Assembly (NCBI GenBank): GCA_019058315.1
Contig: JAHPZH010000003.1
Span: 428,451 to 492,450 of the forward strand
From: Candidatus Helarchaeota archaeon
Lineage (GTDB): Archaea; Asgardarchaeota; Lokiarchaeia; Helarchaeales; RDOG01
Direction of reading: 5' to 3'
DNA: 64,000 nucleotides
Part shown: positions 21,491 through 31,252 of the stretch, in pieces
Position numbering within the stretch: position 1 is the first letter of the stretch
How the letters are laid out: every line of letters begins with the position of its first letter
Program-made: the position numbers and the translations under genes
Notes under the pieces: model-generated
Databases searched by the model: none
Told to the model about the DNA's origin: nothing
What the model saw: the letters and a program-made list of their open reading frames with translations, nothing else

Positions 21491-22687
21491 TTAAAGTTTA
21501 AAAGCAAAATGGTCGAATGCTGCATAATAACAAAGCATTTGAATATAATGTGCTATTCCCATTGATCCATCACTTTGCCATCTGGACTCTAATTTTCCAA
21601 AACAGGCAAATCTAAACCCCTTAAATTCCGGATCCTCATCATCCCATCGTCTGACATCATGGTGTTGTTCAATAAATTTGTAAAGTGAAAAACTGCAAGC
21701 TTTTGGGGGACTCTTAGGGTATTTTAATGGCAATCTGATTTGAAAATTAATAAGTTCAGGTGAGGATTCGTTAGGGGGAAAAAATCGCACAGTACAAAAT
21801 ATAATTCGGGGATTTGAACTGTTGAATTCTGCTCTAACTAAATGGAAATTGGTTTTAATATGATCATGAAACGCAAGCAGTTTTTCTAGTTTTTCTTCTT
21901 CCTCTAAAAGCCGTGTTGACCAATCTTTTGATGTATATTTAGCTCTATTATGAAACTTACCAAGTTTAAAATTACGCAGTTTAATGGGTTTGGGCTTATG
22001 AATTTCGTTATAAATTGGGAGAAATTCATCCAGATATCTTTTTGTTATAGAGATTATCTCTGGATACTGTTCCAACTTTGAAAAATATTCTGATACTTTT
22101 TTATATACGATTGTCTTGCATCTAAATAAATTTCTCATAAAAAAAAGTTCCGAGACTAAATTTGGAGTAATAATTATAGCAAAAATCTCATCAATTTTTT
22201 TTAATGAATTTACAACTTCACATCTTACTCGTGTATCTAAGTCAAAAAGGTGTTTGAATAAAGGTGTAACAGCTTGAACGACATTAAATTCCCCAAGGCC
22301 TTCAGCTGCATATCTCTTTACTCCAATATCTTCATCATTAAGAGCTTTAATAAGAATAGGAATTATTTTACGATGCTTAAAAATCATTAACGTCTCAATT
22401 AAAATTCGACGAACTCTTGGATTTTTATCATGATATGCAGAAATTAATACATCTATAGTTAAAGGATCTTTAATAATCCCTAAAGCGGTAATAGTCCAGA
22501 TTCTAATTTTATGATTAGGATGTTTTAATGCATCAATTAAATATGGGATAACAATTTTTTGATTTTCTTCTGCTGTTATATTTTTCAAAATGTCCCTTTT
22601 TAAATAATAATCATCAGTTCCAAATAGTTTTATCATATGTTGAAGATTTAAATTGTCAAAAACTGGTTTCTGTGTTGTAGTTTCCAT
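21491..22687 (-). CDS. HEAT-repeat protein with C-terminal ubiquitin-conjugating (E2/UFC1-like) domain
   Basis: HEAT/PBS-lyase repeats (LIDALKH...IR, LIKALNDED.GVK..AAEGLG); C-terminal FQIRLPLKYPKSPP...AC...W...GIAHY. Confidence 0.65.
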   Translation of the reverse strand: METTTQKPVFDNLNLQHMIKLFGTDDYYLKRDILKNITAEENQKIVIPYLIDALKHPNHKIRIWTITALGIIKDPLTIDVLISAYHDKNPRVRRILIETLMIFKHRKIIPILIKALNDEDIGVKRYAAEGLGEFNVVQAVTPLFKHLFDLDTRVRCEVVNSLKKIDEIFAIIITPNLVSELFFMRNLFRCKTIVYKKVSEYFSKLEQYPEIISITKRYLDEFLPIYNEIHKPKPIKLRNFKLGKFHNRAKYTSKDWSTRLLEEEEKLEKLLAFHDHIKTNFHLVRAEFNSSNPRIIFCTVRFFPPNESSPELINFQIRLPLKYPKSPPKACSFSLYKFIEQHHDVRRWDDEDPEFKGFRFACFGKLESRWQSDGSMGIAHYIQMLCYYAAFDHFAFKL

Positions 22688-23056
22688 AAATATCAGAAAA
22701 GAAATATTTTCTAATATCTCTAAAGAAAACCATGAAATAAAAAATTATAGAAATTTGGGAGTATTACAATTATATTTTCAAATTTCAATCCTTTAAAGAG
22801 ATAAAATACGATCTCCCATTTTCAGAACAATAAATAATAAAAATACAATAGTTTCAAATTGAAACTGAACAAAATTAAATCAATCTATCCACTAAATAAA
22901 GAATTAATCAATAATATTCAAAGAAAATCTAGGTTTTTTATCCTAAATAATCCGAATTTTTATTTTGAAATAATATGTCATAAAATTGACAAAAAGAATT
23001 ATTATTGCATTATTGATTGTAGAATTGATTTATTTAAAAAAAAAAAATTGATTAAA

Positions 23057-24373
23057 ATGGCGAATTTAAAAGAATGTGTAGTTGTAGATGCTATTAGGAC
23101 ACCTATTGGAAAGTCAAGTAGAAAACAAATGAAGAAACTTGGAGGAGCATATAGAGAATGTTCATCACAAGATTTGTTAGTTACCGTTCTTCAACAAATT
23201 ATTGAGAGAACAAAGGCTCGATGTCCCGATTTTGACCCTAAGGAAATTGAAGATTGCCATGTCGGTTGTTTATCACAAATTGGAGAACAAGGCGGAAACA
23301 TTGGTCGGATAGCAGTTCTACTGGCAGGTCTGCCAGAGGAGATTGCTGGTGCGACAGTTGATAGATACTGTAATGCAGGCTTACAAGCTATAAATACATG
23401 TACTAACGCTATAAGAGTTGGCAATGGAGAGATGATGATCGCAGCTGGTGTTGAGTCCATGACTCATTATGCTATGGGTGTAACATTTCAGATTTGTAAT
23501 AGTGTTAAAAATTATCCAGGTCCGATTTTTTCTCCTCTAATGGCCAATGTGATGGGAGAGATGGTTCCACAAGGTGAAAGTGCAGAAATGATTTGTGATA
23601 GGTATGGTTTTACTAGAGAACAAATGGATAAATTCGGTATGTGGAGTCATGTAAAAGCAACAAAAGCAATGCGTAACGAAAAAGAATATTTCAAAAGAGT
23701 TGTACCAGTCACTTACTTGAAAAAATTTACTGATGAAAACATGAAACCTATTAAAGATGAGGCAACAGGAAAACAAAAACAAGAAGAAGTGACAGTAAAA
23801 TATGATCAAACAGTCCGACCAGTTTATGTGGATAAACCTGAAGCTGCTTGGGAAAAACTTTGTCAACTTAAACCTGTTTTCCGTTCAGAAAGAAAGGGTG
23901 GACGAGTTACAGCTGGAAATTCATCACAAATAGTAGATGGAGCTGCTGCAACTCTCTTGATGTCAGAGGAAAAAGCTAAATCGCTAGGGTTGAAACCAAT
24001 AGCAAGAGTACTTTCTACAGCAGTTGCAGGCGGAGAACCAAAAATAATGTTATTAGCACCCATTCCTGCATCAGTAAGAGCTTTAAAACGTGCGGGTCTA
24101 AAAATTGATGACCTAGCCTGCATTGAACCTAATGAAGCTTTCGCTTCTCCATGCCTTGCTTTTTCAAAAGATTTAAAATATGACTTTGATGATCCAAGAA
24201 TAAACCCTACAGGAGGCGCAATTAGTATCGGGCATCCAATCGGAGCTTCTGGTGTAGTTTACTTCACTGAGATGGTCCATTATTTGCATAATAATAAAAA
24301 GAAATATGGGCTACAGATGATGTGTGGCGGCGGTGGCGTAGGAATCGCTAGCTGTGTGGAAGGAATCTTTTAA
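23057..24373 (+). CDS. Acetyl-CoA C-acyltransferase (thiolase); ORF track extends to 22859, probable start ATG at 23057
   Basis: DAIRTPIG, DRYCNAG, TAGNSS..VDGA, NEAFA, GHPIGASG, MCGGGG. Confidence 0.92.
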   Translation: MANLKECVVVDAIRTPIGKSSRKQMKKLGGAYRECSSQDLLVTVLQQIIERTKARCPDFDPKEIEDCHVGCLSQIGEQGGNIGRIAVLLAGLPEEIAGATVDRYCNAGLQAINTCTNAIRVGNGEMMIAAGVESMTHYAMGVTFQICNSVKNYPGPIFSPLMANVMGEMVPQGESAEMICDRYGFTREQMDKFGMWSHVKATKAMRNEKEYFKRVVPVTYLKKFTDENMKPIKDEATGKQKQEEVTVKYDQTVRPVYVDKPEAAWEKLCQLKPVFRSERKGGRVTAGNSSQIVDGAAATLLMSEEKAKSLGLKPIARVLSTAVAGGEPKIMLLAPIPASVRALKRAGLKIDDLACIEPNEAFASPCLAFSKDLKYDFDDPRINPTGGAISIGHPIGASGVVYFTEMVHYLHNNKKKYGLQMMCGGGGVGIASCVEGIF

Positions 24374-24430
24374 TCCATAAACTTCTTTTTTTATTTCTAT
24401 TTTTCTAAAAATATTAAAATTTTTATAATC

Positions 24431-24742
24431 CTAAACAGAAAATTGATCCTTTTTTGTTGTTGCTTCAGTTCTAATTCTAAATTCAAAGGGATCTTTTTCA
24501 AAAATTTTTCTATCAGTTTTCCATAAAAATAGGCAAGGGTCCGTCCCAAGGAAAAATGGATTTAATTCGATAAGAATTACACGATCTTTTAAGACTTCAA
24601 AATCTATAATGAAAGATTCTAAAGATATTTTATCTTTTATGGAATTATTGAAGTTTTTAATCCTTTTTTCAATTACAGAAAATTGTTTTGGTAATTTGGA
24701 AAAAGAATAAAATAAATTGGTTCTATTTGCAACTTTAATCAA
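24431..24742 (-). pseudogene. Truncated 3' copy of the Cdc123-like gene
   Basis: About 90 aa match the C-terminus of 28264-29151 (LPKQ..IEKRIK...IELNPFFLGTDPCLF.WKTDRKIFE..PFEFRIRT...KKDQFS); N-terminal two-thirds absent. Confidence 0.8.
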
Positions 24743-24758
24743 ATCTCTATCAAACTTG

Positions 24759-24802
24759 TGACTATTTTTTGACTATTTTTTGACTATCTTTTGACTATCT
24801 TT
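24759..24802. repeat. 4 x 11-bp tandem repeat TGACTAT(T/C)TTT
   Basis: tgactattttt tgactattttt tgactatcttt tgactatcttt. Confidence 0.9.
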
Positions 24803-24901
24803 TAATATGTTATGAATTTGGCATATAAATATTTTAAACCTAAAAACCAGAGGTTAATTTGAATTATTTCTATTCTATTTTTACTAATTGAATTTTAAAA
24901 T

Positions 24902-25498
24902 GTGGCGGAGATAATAGAAATGAACGAAATTTTAGATATGTTGAATAAATGCATTGAAGATAAGAAGGCTTTTAATTCTGAAATAATAACAAACATGATT
25001 GAAAAAATTACTGCGTTAAATTTTAACGAAATGGTTGAAAATTTATCGGAAATGTTACATAAATTAGGAATTTTAATGGAAATTAATGGCGATATAGAAA
25101 ATTTATCTGATGTTCTTGCAAATAGTTTCACTATATTTATTCAGAACCTTCTCCAAGATGAAGAAATTAGATATGAATTAAGTCTAACTCCAAATATGAC
25201 CTTTAATTTATCTATTGGGGAAAGTGCTATGGGTGTCGAAATTAAGGATGGAACAATTAATTTCAGGGCAGAGCCATTTAAATGGCCAGATGAACCTTTA
25301 GATTTTCTCGTAGAGATTCATTTAGACATAATTCCAAAAATTTTCACTGGAAAAGAGAATTTAATGGTTGAACTAATGGCAGGGGAAAGAATAAAACTAT
25401 GGAGAGAAAAACAACCATACGATGCTGGAAAATTGTTTGAATTAATGCCTTTATTATCTATAGCTTTAGAAAAATTGAATTTAGATAAATGGTTGTGA
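24902..25498 (+). CDS. Acidic protein with probable SCP2 sterol/lipid-binding-like C-terminal domain
   Basis: MGVEIKDG...DFLVEI...KIFTGKENLMVELMAGERIK pattern; directly precedes thiolase-like genes. Confidence 0.5.
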   Translation: MAEIIEMNEILDMLNKCIEDKKAFNSEIITNMIEKITALNFNEMVENLSEMLHKLGILMEINGDIENLSDVLANSFTIFIQNLLQDEEIRYELSLTPNMTFNLSIGESAMGVEIKDGTINFRAEPFKWPDEPLDFLVEIHLDIIPKIFTGKENLMVELMAGERIKLWREKQPYDAGKLFELMPLLSIALEKLNLDKWL

Positions 25499-25504
25499 GT
25501 TAAT

Positions 25505-26665
25505 ATGAAAAAAGTTTGTATTATTGGTGTAGGAATGACAGAGTTTCGTCATAGACCAGAATCTATTCAAGATATTGGAGCTCAAGCAATTAAGCTAGCA
25601 TTCGATGACGTTCAAAATTTAGAATTAAAAGATATTCAAGCAGTATATTGTGGAACAATGGGTGGGGGTCCCTCACTAGCTTCAAGAATTATGGCAAGGT
25701 GTAAGGATATTATGGGACAAGAGGGACTAACGGGAGTTCCAATGAGCAATTGGGAAAATATGTGTGTAAGCGGAACTAACGCAATAATGGCAGCCTACCT
25801 TGATGTTGCAAGTGGGCTTCATGATATTGTATTGCAAGTAGGTGTTGAAAAGTTAGGTCGTGGTTCGTTAGCTCAAGGAAAAGACGGGCGTTTAACAACG
25901 GCAAAATTTAAAGGTCCACCTCCAGCACCATCTATGTTTGCTGGACAGGCAAGAAAACACATGAAGCGATTTGGAACTAGGCGAGAACATTTAGCTATGG
26001 TAGCTGTTAAATCTAAGGAATATGCGTCTAGAAATCCTAATGCTCAATATAGGAAAAAGGTTACAATTGATGAAGTCTTGAATTCAAAAATGATAGCTGA
26101 ACCATTAACAATGTTAATGTGTTGCCCAACATCCACCGGTGGATCATCAGTTATTTTCTGTGCTGAAGATATTGCCAGAAAATATCAAGATACTTTGGTA
26201 GAATTTGTGGCAAGTTCTATGAAAACTTGTCGAGCAAAGGTTCCTACTTTAGAAAGTGGTTGGGATCCTAATATTAGAGCAGGAAGAGAATCATATAAAA
26301 GGGCAGGCATTGGACCCAGTGATATTGGTGTTGCACAAGTACATGATTGTTTTGCAATAGCAGAATTGATGCATTATGAGAGTTTTGGATTTTGTGGTAT
26401 GGGGAAATCTGGAGAATGGATTGAAAATGGAGGTCCTACAAAGGATGGTGAAATACCTGTGAATACAGATGGGGGATTGATATCAAAAGGACATCCTCTT
26501 GGAGCTACAGGTGGTGCCCAATTCTATGAATTAACACATCAACTCAGAGGAACTGGTCATACTCAAATAAAACCTATTCCAGAATATGCTTTGCAGCATA
26601 ATATGGGCGGTGGAGTAGGCGTCGGTATGGCTTATGTATGTAATATCTTAAAACGTATACGATAG
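25505..26665 (+). CDS. SCP-x-type thiolase-family protein
   Basis: IIGVGMT, ENMCVSG, VHDCF, GGLISKGHPLGATG. Confidence 0.9.
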   Translation: MKKVCIIGVGMTEFRHRPESIQDIGAQAIKLAFDDVQNLELKDIQAVYCGTMGGGPSLASRIMARCKDIMGQEGLTGVPMSNWENMCVSGTNAIMAAYLDVASGLHDIVLQVGVEKLGRGSLAQGKDGRLTTAKFKGPPPAPSMFAGQARKHMKRFGTRREHLAMVAVKSKEYASRNPNAQYRKKVTIDEVLNSKMIAEPLTMLMCCPTSTGGSSVIFCAEDIARKYQDTLVEFVASSMKTCRAKVPTLESGWDPNIRAGRESYKRAGIGPSDIGVAQVHDCFAIAELMHYESFGFCGMGKSGEWIENGGPTKDGEIPVNTDGGLISKGHPLGATGGAQFYELTHQLRGTGHTQIKPIPEYALQHNMGGGVGVGMAYVCNILKRIR

Positions 26666-26675
26666 GTGATTTAGG

Positions 26676-27881
26676 ATGGAAGATATGAGAGAAGTTGCAA
26701 TAATTGGAGTCGGAAGGACTGAATTTCAACCAAAAAGTAGCTTTGCAGCAAGTGGAGGAGCTGCAGTAGAAGCAGCATATATGGATGTTAAAGGAAAAGG
26801 AAAAATTTTAGCAAAAGAAGATATTGAATTGGCATTTTTTGGCTGTACCACGAATATCGGTAATGCTGGTCAAATGGCAGTTCAGAAAGCTGATATGTTA
26901 GGAATGGGAGTCTTCAATATCGATAATGGATTTGTTACTGGAACCCAAGCATTGTATACTGCTTGGAGGTCTGTTGCAAGTGGTCTTCATGATATTGTGC
27001 TTGCTTTTGGTGCAGGGACTATGAAACCCGGTCAAGTTTCAATAAGTGCTGGGGGACAAGCATGGTGGTTTGAAGATACTGGTAAACCTTCGCCTTATAT
27101 TAGATTATATGCGCAATTAGCCAGGAAATATATGAAAGATTATAATATAACAAAAGAAATTCTAGCTAAAATCTCGGTTAAGAACCATAAAAATGGGAAA
27201 TTAAACCCAAATGCTTTGATAAAGGAAGAACTCACATTAGATCAGATTTTAAATTCAGATATAATTGCAGAACCATTAACCAAATATATGTGTGCACCTA
27301 CGGCATGCGGTGGAGTATGTTTAATATTGGCACCCGCTACTCAAGGTTATTATTATAGTAAAAATCCCATTAAAATTAAGGGATGTGCTATAACAAGCGG
27401 AAAGCCAGGGCTATCAACAATGGATTCTGCCTATGATGCTTTTACTCGTGCAATGCAAGAAGCTTGTCTTCAAGTGAGTCCATGGTTTAGCGCAAAAAAC
27501 ATAGATATTGCTCAGATTCATGATGCATTTTCAATAACAGAACTTATTACTTTGGAAGCTCTTGGGTTCTGTAAACGGGGAGAAGCAGCTAAATTCTATG
27601 AAAATGAGGCTACTTCATTAGAAGGAGAAATCCCTGTAAATACTGATGGAGGATTCATGGCAAACGGTTTAGTTCTAGGAGCTTCAGATTTAGCTCAAGT
27701 TGTTGAAAATGTTCTTCAATTAAGAGGAGATGCTGGGGATAGACAAGTTAAAAAAGAAAATATGAAATATGCCCTTTCAACAATGGGTGCAAGTGGCGGA
27801 AGTGGTTTTTGTGGTGGCATTGCAGGTCGTGGCTTTGGAACTGGTGGAGGATATGAAGTTACAATTTTAGAAAAATATTAA
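26676..27881 (+). CDS. SCP-x-type thiolase-family protein, catalytically degenerate
   Basis: Same fold motifs, but DNGFVTG (no Cys), IHDAF, and GLVLGAS replacing GHPLGAT. Confidence 0.8.
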   Translation: MEDMREVAIIGVGRTEFQPKSSFAASGGAAVEAAYMDVKGKGKILAKEDIELAFFGCTTNIGNAGQMAVQKADMLGMGVFNIDNGFVTGTQALYTAWRSVASGLHDIVLAFGAGTMKPGQVSISAGGQAWWFEDTGKPSPYIRLYAQLARKYMKDYNITKEILAKISVKNHKNGKLNPNALIKEELTLDQILNSDIIAEPLTKYMCAPTACGGVCLILAPATQGYYYSKNPIKIKGCAITSGKPGLSTMDSAYDAFTRAMQEACLQVSPWFSAKNIDIAQIHDAFSITELITLEALGFCKRGEAAKFYENEATSLEGEIPVNTDGGFMANGLVLGASDLAQVVENVLQLRGDAGDRQVKKENMKYALSTMGASGGSGFCGGIAGRGFGTGGGYEVTILEKY

Positions 27882-27932
27882 TTTTTCTTTTTTTACCAAT
27901 ATTTTAATCAATTCATTTAGGGTTAATTTGAT

Positions 27933-28229
27933 ATGGAAGGTTTAATGAAAGAATTAAAAGACCTTCGTTATGTCATAAGCGAAACAGCGGCAAACATCAA
28001 GAGTCGTTCTTTATTATATAAGGATTTAGATGATCTTGAAGTTATTAAAAAAAGTAATCTCATTGAAGCACCGATTTGTAATAAAATTGAAGAATTATTA
28101 GATATCGAACAAAAAATAATTATAAACACTCCTTATCCAGAAAAAAAAATTGAAGAAATCTTAAACGATATTCAAGATGTTCAGCTTTATATTAATATTC
28201 ATTATTATCAATGGCTTCAATTCTTTTGA
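27933..28229 (+). CDS. Hypothetical protein
   Basis: 98-aa ORF filling an intergenic gap. Confidence 0.45.
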   Translation: MEGLMKELKDLRYVISETAANIKSRSLLYKDLDDLEVIKKSNLIEAPICNKIEELLDIEQKIIINTPYPEKKIEEILNDIQDVQLYINIHYYQWLQFF

Positions 28230-28263
28230 AAATTGTAGATTTTAAACTTCAATTTTTTCAATT

Positions 28264-29151
28264 TCAAATTGAAAATTGATCTTTTTTTGTAACAGGTACA
28301 GTTCTGATTCTAAATTCAAACGGTCCTTCTTCGAAAATTTTTCTATCAGTCTTCCATGAAAATAAACAGGGATCTGTCCCAAGAAAAAAAGGATTCAATT
28401 CAATTAAAATTACTTTGTCTTTTAAAATTGCAAAGTCAATTATGAAAGATTCTAAGGTAATTTTATTTTTGATAGTATTATAGAATTCTTTGATCCTTTT
28501 TTCAATTATTGGAATTTGTTTTGGTAAATTTGGGAAAAGGAGATAATGGTAATATTGAGAAATGGAATTTAAATTCTTTTTATGGATAAAACCTCGAAAT
28601 TCCATATCAATCGGAATATCAATCCATTCTCTTATGAATATTTTTTGAGTGAATCCTTTCTTTTTAGAAAATTGTAATGCTGTTACAAGATCATCATATA
28701 CCCTTTGACTATCAAGCAAGAGATCCATGGCTTCTTTTCCAGAGGATACTTTTAGACCGAGAATTGAAGATTTTACAATAGCAATTAATCTAGAATTTTC
28801 ATCCCCGTTACCTTTTTTTAGTTCCTCTTGAAATATTTCATCACTCTTTTTTCGAGCTATCCGACTATCTTTAGGACTACGGGTTGATAAACGAACAAAT
28901 GCCCCTTTTTTTTGGTCCTGAAAATTATTTATAATGTCATCAATGCGTTTTTCGGTTTTTTTTAATAATTTTTCCTCCTCAAGAGTAACTTTACCTTCTC
29001 CTTTTGATTTTTTGTAATAATGAACAAATGCATTGGCTAATTCGATTGACATAGGGAAGAAAATTGTATTCATTGTATAAGATTTGAGAGAATCATACCA
29101 GTTTTCTATATTCGTTTCATTTGAAATACGAAAAATATCTTCTTCATTCAT
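28264..29151 (-). CDS. Cdc123/D123-family (R2K clade) ATP-grasp protein
   Basis: FVRLSTRSPKDS, REW, EFRGFI, ISQY, IIDF, IELNPF, DPCLFSW, EFR. Confidence 0.8.
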   Translation of the reverse strand: MNEEDIFRISNETNIENWYDSLKSYTMNTIFFPMSIELANAFVHYYKKSKGEGKVTLEEEKLLKKTEKRIDDIINNFQDQKKGAFVRLSTRSPKDSRIARKKSDEIFQEELKKGNGDENSRLIAIVKSSILGLKVSSGKEAMDLLLDSQRVYDDLVTALQFSKKKGFTQKIFIREWIDIPIDMEFRGFIHKKNLNSISQYYHYLLFPNLPKQIPIIEKRIKEFYNTIKNKITLESFIIDFAILKDKVILIELNPFFLGTDPCLFSWKTDRKIFEEGPFEFRIRTVPVTKKDQFSI

Positions 29152-29280
29152 TTTTATTCTCCTAAAAGTAACAAACCAACTATCGAAACAAATATTACAT
29201 AAAAAAAAATATGAGATATAATTATTCTTTTCAACAATTTGGAATTTGAAAATTCTTCTTATTAATAAGTTTCTAAAAAA

Positions 29281-30012
29281 GTGATAAAAATGGGTTTGAA
29301 GGACTTTTTAGAGAAGATTACAGAATTTTTTGATCCGATTTTTGATAGGATGAACACAGGTTATTTTGGCATCTTGGTAGCTATTACTGGAGTAGCAACT
29401 ATTTCAATAGCTTCTATTTTATATGCCATGGTTGAACCATTTACCATCTTTTCGCATTGGATAAGTAATTTAGGTGGTGCTTGGACTAACTTATATCAAT
29501 CACCAAATGGCTCGAATATCGTTTTTTCAATAGGATTAATTATTTTGTGTATTTTTGTGATACCTTTTATTGTATATTTAGTAAAAATATTTGTTTCTAG
29601 AGATTTAAATTCGCCATTAATCTTTTTTGCCCTTGGATCTGGACTAATTACACTCATTGGACTTTTGGGCGTTGCATTTTTTGATATGAAAAGTCAACCT
29701 CTTATACATACGCTCAGTGCTGTAGCATTTTTTATTGGTGGGTTGTTTATGGTTTTCTTCTTCAGTCTTACCATGTTTTTTGATACAAAAATCTCAAGTA
29801 TTCATCCATTATTTGGAATAATAGTCGTAGGAGTAGGTTTCATATTTTTATTACCTTTTGTTCCCCTACTACTTCAAGGCGCAGACCTTGTGAGTCTTAT
29901 CGTTTCTACAGAACCAAGAATGGCTTTTTCGAGATTTTGGGAGTGGATGTATGTTTTTGCATTATTCGCTTGGATCTTTGATATGGGAGTTTTTACCTTA
30001 AAACTCGAATAA
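29281..30012 (+). CDS. DUF998/Frag1-like multi-pass membrane protein
   Basis: WISNLG, IH..SA..FF, about 6 TM segments, terminal EW motif. Confidence 0.6.
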   Translation: MIKMGLKDFLEKITEFFDPIFDRMNTGYFGILVAITGVATISIASILYAMVEPFTIFSHWISNLGGAWTNLYQSPNGSNIVFSIGLIILCIFVIPFIVYLVKIFVSRDLNSPLIFFALGSGLITLIGLLGVAFFDMKSQPLIHTLSAVAFFIGGLFMVFFFSLTMFFDTKISSIHPLFGIIVVGVGFIFLLPFVPLLLQGADLVSLIVSTEPRMAFSRFWEWMYVFALFAWIFDMGVFTLKLE

Positions 30013-30093
30013 CTTACTAAAGTTACTCCATATATTAATTACTTTTTTTTATTTTTTCTCCTTTTATAATTCTGTTTTTATATTTCTAATTAA

Positions 30094-31086
30094 TTATGTC
30101 GCAGGGTAAAAAGCATAATATTTTAAACTATCCAATTCTAATCCAGCAACATAAGGTAAAAACTCATTTTCTACGCATTTTGAATAAGAATCATATGTTA
30201 AGTTAATAGGACTTGGGTAATCAACTACTAATACTGTTTTATTAGCTGCCAGTGCAATATTTAAATTTAAAATGCCTTGTTGACGCCAAGTGGCATCCGT
30301 GGGTTCATCTTCAAGATAAAATAAATCTTCACGACCAATTCCGTCGATATTATTTAAATATGTAGAATTTGAAAGAAGTTCGTCAGCGTTTTGAACAAAA
30401 ATAGTAAAATTATCTGCCACTTGTGATTTAGCATACTGTGAAATATTAATTACAAAATCCATCATTAACCAATCAGCATGAGGTATTGTGTCATTATAAT
30501 AATCATAAGCATCAATAATATCTAAATATATTCCATCAAATCCAGCTGAAATTATACGATCTAAATATTCAAACATAATATTTTGCCAGCCTACATACCA
30601 ATATTTAACCTTAAAATTTCCTGGCCAATCAGGATTTTCCGCATCTAACCAAATGGGATTTCCCACAGTCCATGTACTGTTCCAATAAAACCTGTAATCC
30701 TCAGCTTCGCCGATACTAAAATAAGAAATCAGAAGTTTTTTTGTATTTCCTATCGATTTCATATAACTAATATTAGCACTTGAGAATTCTCCTTCTTCAC
30801 ACCCATCTGAAGAATAATCTATTACGATAAGATCGTATTTTGAATTATTAATTTCATCCATATCGATATTTTGCAATAAATATGCCCAATCGTCAATGAT
30901 TGTTCCATTTATATCAAATTCAGTTCTATTTAATTTTTCGAATACAAAATAATCTGAATTATATTCCGTATCCAAAATTGGAAGAAAAATTGCATTATTT
31001 TTATTTAAGGCCATTAAGAGAATTATACCAGAAAAAGCAAAAAAAGTAATTGAAATTAAAATTGGAATTACATTTTTTCCACTCAT
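30094..31086 (-). CDS. GH114/MJ1477-TM1410-family glycoside hydrolase, membrane-anchored
   Basis: SYFSIGEAEDYRFYW, NPDWPGN, GFDGIYLDIIDAY, QNA. Confidence 0.85.
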   Translation of the reverse strand: MSGKNVIPILISITFFAFSGIILLMALNKNNAIFLPILDTEYNSDYFVFEKLNRTEFDINGTIIDDWAYLLQNIDMDEINNSKYDLIVIDYSSDGCEEGEFSSANISYMKSIGNTKKLLISYFSIGEAEDYRFYWNSTWTVGNPIWLDAENPDWPGNFKVKYWYVGWQNIMFEYLDRIISAGFDGIYLDIIDAYDYYNDTIPHADWLMMDFVINISQYAKSQVADNFTIFVQNADELLSNSTYLNNIDGIGREDLFYLEDEPTDATWRQQGILNLNIALAANKTVLVVDYPSPINLTYDSYSKCVENEFLPYVAGLELDSLKYYAFYPAT

Positions 31087-31252
31087 TGTAAATCAATCCT
31101 AATATAATAATTTCTAATTGTAATATGAGCTATAGGTTAGGAATGTGTACGAATTATTCTTTAAATTTTTTTGCTCTAATTGAAATTTTTTACTTTAAAG
31201 CTAAAATTAATAAAATAAATGAAAGAAATAATAAATAATCGTATTTGTTGAT

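Noticed and set aside
22859-23056. 66-aa N-terminal extension of the thiolase
   Set aside because: AT-rich intergenic-like sequence; thiolase similarity begins at the ATG at 23057.
27933-28229. Possible HEPN/HepT-like toxin
   Set aside because: No Rx4-6H motif and no adjacent nucleotidyltransferase gene.
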